A DNA stretch of 64,000 nt from positions 1-64,000 of the forward strand of contig JAGVFW010000013.1 of assembly GCA_020057405.1 (NCBI GenBank). Direction: 5' to 3'. How positions within the stretch are numbered: the stretch's first letter is position 1; every line of letters starts with the position of its first letter. Both the position numbers and the translations under genes were made by a program. Below the pieces are notes generated by a model. It did not search any database, was not told the origin of the DNA, and worked only from the letters and a program-made list of their open reading frames with translations. Of the stretch, positions 1 through 9,659 are shown piece by piece. This stretch comes from an archaeon (GTDB lineage: Archaea; Micrarchaeota; Micrarchaeia; Norongarragalinales; UBA97).

Positions 1-44
1 CTTTAGCATGGTTTATTCCGCAATCAAGGTGGGGCTGATCTAAG

Positions 45-356
45 ATGGCTTGGGATACTACACGGGATTTCGGCGTGGCAAGCACGATGGCTGATGCCAG
101 CCGGCCCATGGTAAAGGACACTTCCCGCCTCGAGTTTCTAGAGCGCTACATTCCCTACTGGCGCGAGGCGAGGCAATTCCGCGCTTACTCGATCATGCTT
201 GCAATCGTCGGGGTCGTGATGCTCTTCCGCATTCCGATAATCGCGGTTCCGGCTTTCGCTGCCGCAGGGTATTTTCACGTGCGGGGGCAGCAAAAACAGT
301 GGTACTCGCAGGGCGCTTACGCCGGCCACAGGACGATAATGGGAGCTGACATTTGA
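45..356 (+). CDS. small membrane protein (two-TM hairpin), paralog of 805..1119
   Basis: 103-aa ORF with hydrophobic C-terminal half; shares R-x-E-[FY]-L-x-RYIP-x-W, [FY]RAY and AAGYF with 805..1119. Confidence 0.6.
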   Translation: MAWDTTRDFGVASTMADASRPMVKDTSRLEFLERYIPYWREARQFRAYSIMLAIVGVVMLFRIPIIAVPAFAAAGYFHVRGQQKQWYSQGAYAGHRTIMGADI

Positions 357-790
357 AAATGAAAACTTTGAGCCAGGTAAGGCACGAACTGAAGGGAGGC
401 CACGACGGCCACAAGAGCGCCAGCCCCGACCACACCGAGGAGAAGGCGTTCGTCCCCTACTTCGTTCCCATGGGCCGTGCCCCCGACGCGGACACGATAA
501 AGTGCGGCGGGAAAGACGTTCCGGTGCACACCACTGACGTCATCCGCAGGGGAGACTACCTGTGGGAAAACATGGACTCGACGATGAGAAACGGCACTTT
601 CGGCGCAGTCTACAAGGCATACCTGCTCGCCTCGCTCTTCTTCGTGCTAACGATAGTCACGGCTTTCTTCAACCCCTACGTGGCAGGCGTTTGCGCCTAC
701 CTCGCGGGGCACTTCTGGAGCGAGAGAATGTTCAACAGCGCCTGGGGCATTGAGTGGTACAAGGGCAAGAACCTGGTATACACAGTATAG
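353..790 (+). CDS. hypothetical membrane protein, distant paralog of its neighbours
   Basis: ORF overlaps previous stop; YKAY-hydrophobic hairpin-AGHF pattern. Confidence 0.6.
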   Translation: MKMKTLSQVRHELKGGHDGHKSASPDHTEEKAFVPYFVPMGRAPDADTIKCGGKDVPVHTTDVIRRGDYLWENMDSTMRNGTFGAVYKAYLLASLFFVLTIVTAFFNPYVAGVCAYLAGHFWSERMFNSAWGIEWYKGKNLVYTV

Positions 791-804
791 GGGGAGGGGT
801 AAAA

Positions 805-1119
805 ATGAGCGAACAACACGGACACCAACACTTTGACGACCACATTCGTCAGACTACGGTAGTCACCGACTTTAACAAGCCCCTCATTGCGCGGACCACC
901 CGCTGGGAGTACCTGGCGCGCTACATTCCCCTTTGGAAGTCCCTCATCCGCTACCGGGCCTACATGTGGGCGTGCATCGTGCTTGCAGCAATCGCGGTGC
1001 TTTCGGACTACAGCTTCTTCGTCGTGCCCCTAGCAGGCGCTGCGGGTTACTTCTTCCTGTTGCAGAAGATGGTCACCACTCGTGTCGCAAGCTCGAGGAA
1101 AGTAATCATCGGCCACTAG
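805..1119 (+). CDS. small membrane protein, paralog of 45..356
   Basis: GGAGG upstream of ATG 805; RWEYLARYIPLW...YRAY...AAGYF. Confidence 0.65.
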   Translation: MSEQHGHQHFDDHIRQTTVVTDFNKPLIARTTRWEYLARYIPLWKSLIRYRAYMWACIVLAAIAVLSDYSFFVVPLAGAAGYFFLLQKMVTTRVASSRKVIIGH

Positions 1120-1154
1120 GCAACGCCATCGACAAGTAGGCACGCGAACCGCGT

Positions 1155-1376
1155 TTACCAGCGAATCCCGCCAGCGCCCGGCTTGAAGTGGGAAACCTCG
1201 TTGGGAATGCCATGGCCAGACAAGACCGCTAGAAACAACGCGGTGACGCCAAGCACCCACTCTCCTGTTACAAAACTGCCGGCCGAACCCAAAAGCATGG
1301 CTACGCGAACGAAATCAAGGGCAGGTGAGCGCTCGGCAACATCACGATGATACCCGAGCAGTTCATACTTACCCAT
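1155..1376 (-). CDS. small membrane protein
   Basis: GGAGGTG SD upstream of ATG 1376; two short hydrophobic segments. Confidence 0.5.
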   Translation of the reverse strand: MGKYELLGYHRDVAERSPALDFVRVAMLLGSAGSFVTGEWVLGVTALFLAVLSGHGIPNEVSHFKPGAGGIRW

Positions 1377-1533
1377 TTCCGCCACCTCCCTGGCAACATA
1401 ATTACAGCCAAGATGTTAATAAATTTAACCTTTAACCGACTTTAGGATAAATAGTGTTAGAATTTGGACAAATATGTACGCCTATCGCAAAGTAATTTAA
1501 GCACTAAGGAGTAGTAATTAATAGGGATTTTCT

Positions 1534-1635
1534 ATGTTGCTTGATTTCTTCTTTGGCTTTGGCGTCGGCATCGCCTTCTTCCACGTTGCCGAGGCAGTCT
1601 TCCCAATGTACCTTGACCAGAAGAACAGGGAATGA
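1534..1635 (+). CDS. putative 33-aa single-TM microprotein (MLLDFFFGFGVGIAFFHVAEAVFPMYLDQKNRE)
   Basis: Read by hand, below the ORF-track cutoff; follows the AT-rich promoter region and precedes the 1642 ORF. Confidence 0.4.
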   Translation: MLLDFFFGFGVGIAFFHVAEAVFPMYLDQKNRE

Positions 1636-1641
1636 GCGAAC

Positions 1642-1854
1642 ATGGAATTGCCCGAAGCGCTCTTTACAGTCGCGATTGCATTATGGGCACTTAGCCTGCT
1701 TTTGTGGGGCCGCGAGGAATACTGGAGCGTCACCGACCCGCGGGCACGCTTTTTGCCAGGCACGCGCATCTTCCACACTATCCTCTACCGTGGCAACAAG
1801 CCGCTTTTCAAGCGCGGGGTCAAGAAAGGCCCCAGCATCAACGCGGGCAACTAA
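1642..1854 (+). CDS. small membrane-anchored protein
   Basis: N-terminal TM helix and basic tail. Confidence 0.45.
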   Translation: MELPEALFTVAIALWALSLLLWGREEYWSVTDPRARFLPGTRIFHTILYRGNKPLFKRGVKKGPSINAGN

Positions 1855-2666
1855 ACTAAGCGACTGCGAATAAACCCGCCGAACTCGACCCTCGCCCGGC
1901 CACTTGGCTTTTGTGGCTTGAGCACCCTGAATTCTGCGCGCCACGAGTCAGTGGACTTGAATGCGCCTTCAGCTTTCAACTTATCCTCTAGGCGTTTTTG
2001 GGCCGCCACGATGGTCGCGGCGGCGCGCTTGGCTTGCTCTTCGCTAAGACCGGCCGTTAGTAGCTCCTTCGCAGCGGCGCTTTCGGACCTTAATACAGTA
2101 ACGGCGAGAGGAAAATCGTCGCCCTTGGCCACATTAAACACCGGCCCGTCACGCCTTTGGTAGCCGAGGAATCCGGTTGCCATGACCTCTTCCTTCGTTG
2201 GCAAGGGCATGACTACGAAGTGCAGCGAATTGGGATTTACGGCCTTGAGCTCGGTTTTGACGCTGAAGAGATTGTCTGTCCCAAGGCCGGACTTGGCCTT
2301 AAATGGATTGTTGGGCTTGAAGGCCAAAGCGTCAGCCACCAGCCTGGCCCAGTCTGCCTCCATCTCCCGCATCATGCCCGCCGCGTGGCTGGCTTCAATC
2401 GCTTTTTTCGCATCCGCTGGCGCCCTCGCGGCCAACCGCCCTTCAAGAAGCGAAAGGTCTTCTGCAGAAAGAGCTATTGGGCGCTCCTCGCTTGAGAGGA
2501 AGCGCAACAGGTTGTTGCCAATGTCCCCCTCCAGGTTTGGCTGGACTTCGAGCCGCCGGTCGGAACCAAAGTGGCGGTAGTCGAACTCACTTGGCTTTCG
2601 GTAAACCCGGTGCTCGGCTACAGAGGCCCCCTCAAGCTTGGCTAGTGCGCGGTTGAGAAACTCCAT
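1851..2666 (-). CDS. hypothetical protein
   Basis: Long ORF (probable ATG 2666); no recognised motif. Confidence 0.55.
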   Translation of the reverse strand: MEFLNRALAKLEGASVAEHRVYRKPSEFDYRHFGSDRRLEVQPNLEGDIGNNLLRFLSSEERPIALSAEDLSLLEGRLAARAPADAKKAIEASHAAGMMREMEADWARLVADALAFKPNNPFKAKSGLGTDNLFSVKTELKAVNPNSLHFVVMPLPTKEEVMATGFLGYQRRDGPVFNVAKGDDFPLAVTVLRSESAAAKELLTAGLSEEQAKRAAATIVAAQKRLEDKLKAEGAFKSTDSWRAEFRVLKPQKPSGRARVEFGGFIRSRLV

Positions 2667-2787
2667 GCCGGACAGGCGGTCGTTGTAGCGGGCCACGCAG
2701 TTTTTTTGCCGCAATCCTTTTTAACTCTGCTCGCGCAACTAGAGTTCCGTATTCTTTTGGAAAACTGTTGGCTAGGGGGCGGTATTT

Positions 2788-4389
2788 ATGGCGAAGTATG
2801 TTTTTGTCACGGGCGGCGTTCTCTCGTCACTCGGAAAAGGAATTCTTGCCGCCAGCATCACCAAACTCCTACGGCAAGGCGGGGTCAAGGCAGTGTCGAT
2901 GAAGGTTGACCCGTATCTTAACTGCGACGCGGGAACGCTTAACCCGTTCGAGCATGGCGAGGTCTTCGTCACCCGCGACGGCTTTGAGTGCGACCTTGAC
3001 GTTGGCAATTACGAGCGCTTTTCAAACGAGTTCGCGGTCAAGGAACAAAACCTGATGATGGGCTCGGTCTACAAGACTGTAATTGAGCGCGAACGGCGCG
3101 GCGAGTACTTGGGCAAGACAATCCAGCTCATCCCGCATGCGACAAACGAGGTCAAGGCGCGCATCAGAAACTGCGCAAAGGCAACTGAAGCCGAAGTTCT
3201 TGTCGTCGAGATTGGCGGGACTGTGGGCGATATTGAAAGCGAGGTCGTCCTTGAGGCCGCGCGGCAGATGAATTTCGAGGAACCGCCAGAGGCGGTCACG
3301 TTCGTGCACCTCGCACTCGTTCCCACGATTACCACGGGCGAAGTGAAAACCAAGCCGATGCAGCACAGCGTCAAATCGCTTTTAGCTCGCGGCATCACGC
3401 CGAACTTTATCGTCGCCCGCTCGCCCAAAATGATTGCCGAGCCGGTCAAGGAAAAGTTGTCGCTCTTCTGCAACGTGCGGCCGGAAAACGTGTTCTGCTC
3501 TCCCGACGCGGTTACAATCTACGAAGTGCCGATGCTGCTCGAGAAGCAGGGAATGCACGAGCGGCTAAGCGAGAGGATGGACCTCAAGCTGCGAAAGCTC
3601 GACTTGAAGGAATGGAGCGGGCTTGTCGACAGGCTGAAAAAGTGCGCAATTACGGAAAAGAAAGTTCGCATCGGCGTCATCGGCAAGTATGCGACTTCGA
3701 AAGACACTTACATGAGCGTTTTTGAGGCACTCAACCACGCAAGCGCGCACGCAGGCGTCTGCGTCGAGGCTGACTTGGTTGACAGTGAGGAAATCGAGAA
3801 GCACGGCATTGGCGCACTCAAGGACTATCACGGCATCCTCGTCCCCGGCGGCTTTGGCGGCAGGGGAATCGAGGGGAAAATCGCCGCAATCCAGTACGCG
3901 CGCGAAAAAGACGTGCCTTACCTCGGCATTTGCTATGGCCTGCAGCTGGCGATTGTGGAGAGCGCGCGAAACGTGCTTGGCTGGAAGGACGCCAATTCGT
4001 CTGAGAACGACGAGACGACAAAGCACGCCGTCATCGACTTGCTTCCCGAACAAAGAAGCGTTACCGAGAAGGGCGGGACGATGCGCCTTGGCGCCTACGA
4101 CGTGGCGATTGTGAAAGGCACCGGCGCCCACAAGCTCTACGGCAGCGAGAAAATCTCGAAAAGGTTCCGCCACAGATACGAAATCAACCCCGAATTCATT
4201 CCCGACCTGGAGAAGGCGGGCTGGGTGTTTAGCGGGAAAGACCCCAAGCGCGAGATAATGAAAGTCGGGGAACTTACGGGCCACGCCTACTTCATGGGCT
4301 CACAATACCACCCCGAATTCGACTCCCGGCTAGAGACGCCAGAGCCAATGTTCCTAGGCTTCGTGTCTGCCGCGGCCAAGAGGGCGTAG
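2788..4389 (+). CDS. pyrG: CTP synthase
   Basis: KYVFVTGGVLSSLGKG, DPYLNCDAG, GICYG glutaminase Cys, QYHPEF. Confidence 0.98.
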   Translation: MAKYVFVTGGVLSSLGKGILAASITKLLRQGGVKAVSMKVDPYLNCDAGTLNPFEHGEVFVTRDGFECDLDVGNYERFSNEFAVKEQNLMMGSVYKTVIERERRGEYLGKTIQLIPHATNEVKARIRNCAKATEAEVLVVEIGGTVGDIESEVVLEAARQMNFEEPPEAVTFVHLALVPTITTGEVKTKPMQHSVKSLLARGITPNFIVARSPKMIAEPVKEKLSLFCNVRPENVFCSPDAVTIYEVPMLLEKQGMHERLSERMDLKLRKLDLKEWSGLVDRLKKCAITEKKVRIGVIGKYATSKDTYMSVFEALNHASAHAGVCVEADLVDSEEIEKHGIGALKDYHGILVPGGFGGRGIEGKIAAIQYAREKDVPYLGICYGLQLAIVESARNVLGWKDANSSENDETTKHAVIDLLPEQRSVTEKGGTMRLGAYDVAIVKGTGAHKLYGSEKISKRFRHRYEINPEFIPDLEKAGWVFSGKDPKREIMKVGELTGHAYFMGSQYHPEFDSRLETPEPMFLGFVSAAAKRA

Positions 4390-4394
4390 AGAAA

Positions 4395-4928
4395 ATGAAG
4401 AAAATCAAGCGCGGGCTTTACTGGGGCAGGTTCAACCCGCCCCATTATGGCCACTTGGAAGTCATCAAGCACTTAGTTTCAAACAAGTGCGGCGAGCTCG
4501 TCATCGCAATCGGAAGCGCGCTTGCCAGCCACGAGCCGCGAAACCCGTTTACTGGAGGCGAGCGGCTCCTCATGCTGCGGGCCATGCTAAAGGAAGCCGG
4601 CATTGACGGGAAAGTCATCATCGTGCAAGTTCCCGACGTTGCCGGCAGCTACGCGGCAACTGCACACAACGCCGTGCTCCTCTCTCCCAAATTTGATTGC
4701 GTTTTCACCAACCGCCCGGTCATTGCGGACGTGTTTTCGCAAATGGGCTTTGCGGTCGAGAGCTTTCCCGACTTTGAGCGCGTGAAATTCAACGCAACCG
4801 ACGTGCGAAAGGCACTTGAGACGGGCAAGTCCGTTGACAAGCTCGTGCCCCCCGCAGTCGGCAAGTGGCTGGCTGAGAACGACGGGGCCAAGCGCATGCG
4901 GACGGTTGAGCTGGATAGGTACGGCTAA
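4395..4928 (+). CDS. nicotinamide-nucleotide adenylyltransferase (archaeal NMNAT)
   Basis: GRFNPPHYGH (HxGH) and SHEPRNPFTGGER. Confidence 0.9.
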   Translation: MKKIKRGLYWGRFNPPHYGHLEVIKHLVSNKCGELVIAIGSALASHEPRNPFTGGERLLMLRAMLKEAGIDGKVIIVQVPDVAGSYAATAHNAVLLSPKFDCVFTNRPVIADVFSQMGFAVESFPDFERVKFNATDVRKALETGKSVDKLVPPAVGKWLAENDGAKRMRTVELDRYG

Positions 4929-4984
4929 GCGGTCGAAGAGCCGTTTCGCAACGGTTTTAAACCCGCGTCTACCCTAATACTTAC

Positions 4985-5096
4985 GGTGCGGTCATAGGAG
5001 GGGTGTCATACCCGTTCCCGTCCCGAACACGGAAGTAAAGCCCCCTTGCGACTTGACAAGTACTGTGCTACGCACGGGAAAATCGGTTACTGCACC
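4985..5096 (+). rRNA. rrf: 5S rRNA (stand-alone)
   Basis: Helix I GGTGCGGT/ACTGCACC; conserved CCCGTTCCCGTCCCGAACACGGAAGTAAAG, AGTACT and GGGAA; TTTTAAA ~30 nt upstream; T-rich downstream. Confidence 0.93.
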
Positions 5097-5170
5097 ACCT
5101 TTGATTTCAACTTTTAGCGCAAGCCTAGTCGGGGCAATCGTTTTTAAATCGGGGGCGCTTAATCGTCTTC

Positions 5171-5479
5171 ATGTCCCCACCTGAGACGCTGAGCGTCTAC
5201 CTTTTTGGTTCCGTCCTAGTGGGAAGCGCAGTTTTGGCGATACTCCTCCAGTACTACTCGCAGAAGGCGCGCGGCCACTTTACCAAGGCCGAGGAGCGGA
5301 TTGAAAAGGCCCGAAAGGCGCTTTTGGAAGCGAAGACGAAAGTCCACTCGCTTCGGGCAAAATCAAGGAGCAAGACAACAATAGCGCAGGTGGAGAAGCG
5401 CATCTCCCGCGCAATCGACGACCTGCTGTCGGCAGCCGCGGAAACGGAAAAGGCCTCAGGCAGGACTGCAAGAAGGTGA
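5171..5479 (+). CDS. membrane-anchored coiled-coil protein (basic)
   Basis: N-terminal TM then heptad-like basic helix. Confidence 0.6.
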   Translation: MSPPETLSVYLFGSVLVGSAVLAILLQYYSQKARGHFTKAEERIEKARKALLEAKTKVHSLRAKSRSKTTIAQVEKRISRAIDDLLSAAAETEKASGRTARR

Positions 5480-5486
5480 AGGGAAA

Positions 5487-5756
5487 ATGGTTGAAGACGT
5501 CGGCATCACATCACTGGCTTTCATCGCCGTAAGCGCTTTTGCATTCGCGTGGATGGTGCGCCTGGGCTTCCAGGTACGAAAAAGCATCCGCGACCACTCA
5601 TCACACTTGCACGACCGCATCGACGAACTTGAGGACGCGGCAGTAGAAATCCGAAACGACCTCGAAAAAGTGTCCGACGACTTAAAGGACAAGGTCGACG
5701 ACGATTATGTCGAAAAGCGGATTTCGGGACTCGTTCAGCTGGTCAGCGGAAAGTAA
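5487..5756 (+). CDS. membrane-anchored coiled-coil protein (acidic)
   Basis: GGTGA SD; N-terminal TM then acidic heptad helix. Confidence 0.6.
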   Translation: MVEDVGITSLAFIAVSAFAFAWMVRLGFQVRKSIRDHSSHLHDRIDELEDAAVEIRNDLEKVSDDLKDKVDDDYVEKRISGLVQLVSGK

Positions 5757-6791
5757 TCAGCGAACGACGAAGTCAAGCACCGCCTGCGTTACGTAAGGCG
5801 CGTAGGGCTTGACTCTCCGACCGCCGACAATCTCGCAGTTTCTTCTCGCTTTAGCGCACGCCTTTTGCGCGTCCTTCCTCGCGGTTTCAAGAAAGTCGCC
5901 GTCCTCGGGGCCGATGGAATAGTAGTGGACTGTGCCCCCTGGCCTGCAGGCGGCAATTGCCGCGGGCAGGAAGCGCTTTGCGGTTTTCGGCAATGGCAAG
6001 AGGACGCGGTCGGCCCACGATGCAACGGCCTTTCGCTTTAGGAAAACTGCCGCGTCTGCAAGCACCACTTTCACGTTTGAGGCGCGGTTTAGCCGCACGT
6101 TTTTGCGCATCGACTTTACTGCGGCGGGATTGAGTTCAACGGCAACCACTTGCGCAGTTGGCACTCGCTTCGCAATTTCGATTGCAAAAGGCCCGACGCC
6201 GGCAAAGAGCACAAGCACGCGCTCGTTTGGCTTCACTAGTGACGCAACGCGCTGGCGCTCAAAACCAAGGCGGGGTGAAAAGTAAGACTCGTTGAGGTCG
6301 ACTTCGAGGAGCACGCCGTTCTCCTTGTGGATTGAACGCGTACGCCTTTCGCCTGTAAGGACCTTGACTTTGCGAACGCGGAAGCGGCCTTCGGTGATGC
6401 CCGCTCGCTTTGCAACCACCTTGACGCGCGGGCCTAGGGACTCGAGAAGGCACGCGGCAATCAGCTTTTCCTTTATTCTTAGGGACGGTGGCACGTCGAT
6501 GACGGCAATGTCGCCAACGAGGTCAAACGACGTGACTAGCTCCTGCACCTGGGCTTGGGAAAGGATTTTTCTTTCAAGCAGCAACTGCTTGAATGGCTTT
6601 CGCTCGCTGACTTCAAAGTCGCGCTCGCACTTTAGTGCGGCAAAGGGGAGTTTTGGAAGCGGGCCGGTGACTGGCAGGTAGAACCAGTTTCCCTCGCGAA
6701 CGGCAAAAGCACTTTGGACAATTAGGCCCCGTTCCTTTAGGAAACGCTTCGCCTTTTCGGCGTCCTTTAGCGCAACGCGCAAACCCCGCAT
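5757..6791 (-). CDS. trm5: tRNA m1G37 methyltransferase, Trm5/TYW2 family
   Basis: SFDLVGDIAV, HKENG, YFSPRLGFER, LFAGVGPF, ELNP. Confidence 0.88.
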   Translation of the reverse strand: MRGLRVALKDAEKAKRFLKERGLIVQSAFAVREGNWFYLPVTGPLPKLPFAALKCERDFEVSERKPFKQLLLERKILSQAQVQELVTSFDLVGDIAVIDVPPSLRIKEKLIAACLLESLGPRVKVVAKRAGITEGRFRVRKVKVLTGERRTRSIHKENGVLLEVDLNESYFSPRLGFERQRVASLVKPNERVLVLFAGVGPFAIEIAKRVPTAQVVAVELNPAAVKSMRKNVRLNRASNVKVVLADAAVFLKRKAVASWADRVLLPLPKTAKRFLPAAIAACRPGGTVHYYSIGPEDGDFLETARKDAQKACAKARRNCEIVGGRRVKPYAPYVTQAVLDFVVR

Positions 6792-6837
6792 GGTAAAACC
6801 TAAAAGTAATAAGCTAGTCGCGGGTTAAAAACTGCGC

Positions 6838-7656
6838 ATGGACTTCGCACAATTCGTCACCGAGTATTTCGTCAACCCGATTGAAAAGCCGGGCGAGTAC
6901 GCGCCCTACAACATCGTCAACACAATCGTCTTCGCCATTGCCGCGCTCTTGGCAGCCTACCTGATTTTTAGGGCACTAAAACGCTTTGGCGTGCGGGTGG
7001 ATGAAAAGTTTGCCTTTGCGGTAATGCCTTTTGCGGCCCTTGGCGCAATCGCGCGCGTGCTTTCAGACGCCGCGGTCCTGCCGCGAAAGGTCGAGGTCGC
7101 GGGGATTGCGGCTTATCCGTTCATCACGCCCGGGATTTACATCGTCACGTTCCTACTCTTTGCTGCCGCGTTGGTTCTTGCGCTAAAGTTTTCACGCGAC
7201 TGGCAGACTACGCTAGGCCAGGCCGGAATCGCGCTTTCAATAGTGGCGCTCTTGCCTTTGCTGCCGCTCTTTAAGGAATTCACGGCCCTCGCAATTGTTG
7301 GAGGGCTTGTCGGCGTGGCGCTTGCGGCCTACTGGGTCGTTGGCAAGATGAAGGCCTATCCCCTAACGAAGTTCGGGTGGCTCGTTGCGCTCGGCCAGGG
7401 CCTTGACGGCGCAGCGACGTTTGCGGGGGTTAGCGTGTTTGGCTACGGGGAACAACACGTGCTTGCAAACGCGATTTTCTCTGCCGGCTCGCCGTTCGCG
7501 TTCTTTGCACTAAAAATCGCGTTCGCCTTGGCGGTCGCTTATGCCGCTAGCAGAGAAAAAGACGGGGACGAAAAGAACTTCGTGATGCTACTAATTGCAG
7601 TGATGGGCTTTGCCCCGGGATTAAGGGACGTGCTTCGGGTCGCCGCGGGAGTTTAG
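6838..7656 (+). CDS. DUF63-family membrane protein
   Basis: YNIVNT, PFITPGIY, LDGAATF, YGEQHVL, GFAPGLRD; multi-TM. Confidence 0.8.
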   Translation: MDFAQFVTEYFVNPIEKPGEYAPYNIVNTIVFAIAALLAAYLIFRALKRFGVRVDEKFAFAVMPFAALGAIARVLSDAAVLPRKVEVAGIAAYPFITPGIYIVTFLLFAAALVLALKFSRDWQTTLGQAGIALSIVALLPLLPLFKEFTALAIVGGLVGVALAAYWVVGKMKAYPLTKFGWLVALGQGLDGAATFAGVSVFGYGEQHVLANAIFSAGSPFAFFALKIAFALAVAYAASREKDGDEKNFVMLLIAVMGFAPGLRDVLRVAAGV

Positions 7657-8180
7657 CCTGCGCGGGCGACCTTGATTGCGTCAAGGGCTGAGATCGCTTT
7701 TGCCTGGTTCGCCAGGGACTCGTTGAGAACGGTTCTCGAGTTCCGGATGTAGTCGCCAATCGTAATGGCGCAGCCGAGCGGTATCGTGACGTTTCCGCTG
7801 TTGATGTAGCCGTTAAAGCCGATGTAGTAGAGGCACCCGAAGTTGTCCATGTCCTTGAAGTTTTTCTGCGCCTTTATCACTGAAGCGTTGGTGGAAAGCG
7901 ACTCCAGGCGCGTCTGGGCTGAAGCAATTGCGTCGAGCTTCTCCTGCGAGAATTCCTTTGCCTGCGAGTCTGCGAGGGCCGTGTCGCATGTTGCCTGGTC
8001 GGCCTTGGCTGAGTCAAGGGAGGACTGGAGTTTTCCGTTTGCAGCGTCGGAGGCGTCGCACTTGGTCTGGAGCGTCTGGAGTTGTGAAGTCAGCTCGGCA
8101 ATCTTCGGGTCTGGCGCATTAGACGAGAGGCAGCCGAAAAGAATCGAAGCGGCGATTAAAGCAAGAAACAATTTTTTCAT
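7653..8180 (-). CDS. putative lipoprotein with coiled coil
   Basis: Signal peptide with lipobox LFGC. Confidence 0.65.
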   Translation of the reverse strand: MKKLFLALIAASILFGCLSSNAPDPKIAELTSQLQTLQTKCDASDAANGKLQSSLDSAKADQATCDTALADSQAKEFSQEKLDAIASAQTRLESLSTNASVIKAQKNFKDMDNFGCLYYIGFNGYINSGNVTIPLGCAITIGDYIRNSRTVLNESLANQAKAISALDAIKVARAG

Positions 8181-8259
8181 ACGCGAAGCACCACAAGCCT
8201 TAGCGGCGTGGGGCTTTTAATCCTTGCGCGCAGAAAGTTGTTCCGGTGCCCACCAATCT

Positions 8260-8760
8260 ATGCCCAAAGCCCTCGTGCTGTATGCTTCCGGACAGGGGGC
8301 TTCCGAAGAAATCGCGCGGGCGATTTACGGAGGCGCGAGCGAAACCGGGCTTGAAACTAATTTAGCCAGCGCGGCTTTGGCTCCAACCGTGGCAGACTAC
8401 GACCTCGTCTTTCTTGGAAGCGGGATTTACGGCTTTGGCCGCTTTGACTCAAAAGTTCTTGCGCTTGCAAGGCAGGCCAACTGGCAGGGCAAACGCGCGT
8501 GCGTGTTCGCGACTCACGGCGGCCGGGGGAAAGCTCACGTCGAGGCGGTTGCGGCCGAGCTTGAGGGCAGGGGCGCCAGGCTGTGCGGCACTCTATCGAT
8601 TCAACTGCCCGGCCTTGCGGCGATGATAGGGAAAGGAAAGCCGTCGGAAACGGACATGGTGCGCGCTTTTGCCTTTGGCGAAAAACAGGCGTACGACTTG
8701 ATTGGCAGGCGCCCGGCTAAGGACCAGGAAAAGTCGCGCATCAAGGGCTACCGCAAGTGA
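8260..8760 (+). CDS. flavodoxin-like protein
   Basis: VLYASGQGASEEIA FMN-loop-like motif; YDLVFLGSGIY. Confidence 0.75.
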   Translation: MPKALVLYASGQGASEEIARAIYGGASETGLETNLASAALAPTVADYDLVFLGSGIYGFGRFDSKVLALARQANWQGKRACVFATHGGRGKAHVEAVAAELEGRGARLCGTLSIQLPGLAAMIGKGKPSETDMVRAFAFGEKQAYDLIGRRPAKDQEKSRIKGYRK

Positions 8761-8775
8761 CTTGCGCTATGATGG

Positions 8776-8871
8776 TTACCTGAGGCTCTTGACGTCGCGA
8801 TAGCAGGTGACTGCGAGGCGCCATGCAAACACCGAGACTAGACCGAAAGCTAGGATTGTCCAAAGTTCCAT
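8776..8871 (-). CDS. putative 31-aa single-TM microprotein (MELWTILAFGLVSVFAWRLAVTCYRDVKSLR)
   Basis: Read by hand; starts 8 nt after the upstream gene's stop on the same strand. Confidence 0.4.
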   Translation of the reverse strand: MELWTILAFGLVSVFAWRLAVTCYRDVKSLR

Positions 8872-8878
8872 CTTGTTT

Positions 8879-9253
8879 TCACGCGCTGTTTGCAACTTCG
8901 TAAATCGCCTTTAGAGACACTACAGCAGCGGCAGGTGCGATGACCGCCACGAAGTAGGCGAGTATGGACGGCAGGGTGAATCCGAACCATGCGAAACCCA
9001 CGGCCGACTCAAGGCCCGCAATGACGCCGGAAAAGCTGCCTGCGGCGACAGTAAAGGCAATTGTGGCAACGAGGAACTCAACAGTCTCCTTGCCGTTCAC
9101 GTTGACAACGCCGATGACGAGGCCCATCAAGCCGAGGACTAGGGTAATCATCGGGTTTTGCGGAGCGAAGACGCCTGCGCCGATTGCAAGCACCAGGCCG
9201 ATGAAGAACGCCCAAGCGCCGATGAGCGGCCACGTGTGATTAGCCTTAGCCAT
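8879..9253 (-). CDS. 4-TM membrane protein
   Basis: G-rich SD before ATG 9253; four hydrophobic segments. Confidence 0.7.
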   Translation of the reverse strand: MAKANHTWPLIGAWAFFIGLVLAIGAGVFAPQNPMITLVLGLMGLVIGVVNVNGKETVEFLVATIAFTVAAGSFSGVIAGLESAVGFAWFGFTLPSILAYFVAVIAPAAAVVSLKAIYEVANSA

Positions 9254-9278
9254 AATGATTTCCCCCCTGGTGTCCGAA

Positions 9279-9542
9279 TTAATGCTTCTCTTCTTCCGGG
9301 TTAGGCGGTTCGCCAACCGGAATCTCGACAAAGCGCACCTGGTCCTCGCCGACAGTGTAAATCACGCGGACGACGCCCGATACCAGCTGCGCGTCAGTAA
9401 GCTTGTCGACAAAAGCGAGGGTAGTGTCTTCCTTCACGCCGATGGCGCCCTCGAAGACCGCGTCAACGGGCGTGAAGCCCGCGTTTTTGAGCGCTTCGAT
9501 GACTTTGAGTACTTCGTCCTTGATGCTTCCCACAAAATCCAC
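9279..9542 (-). CDS. hypothetical protein
   Basis: Acidic 87-aa ORF co-oriented with the downstream gene. Confidence 0.55.
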   Translation of the reverse strand: MDFVGSIKDEVLKVIEALKNAGFTPVDAVFEGAIGVKEDTTLAFVDKLTDAQLVSGVVRVIYTVGEDQVRFVEIPVGEPPNPEEEKH

Positions 9543-9659
9543 CTTTCAAACTCATTAACCGGACGCGATTTAAAAACCCGATTGTCCAGCAAGCAAACCT
9601 ATTTATATTCGCTTCAGGTCATTTGTCTTGCCTGTGCATCAAAACAAGGTGATTTAGAT

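Noticed and set aside
9255-9659. N-terminal extension of the PRC-barrel ORF
   Set aside because: Overlaps a minus-strand gene and its promoter; the SD supports ATG 9660
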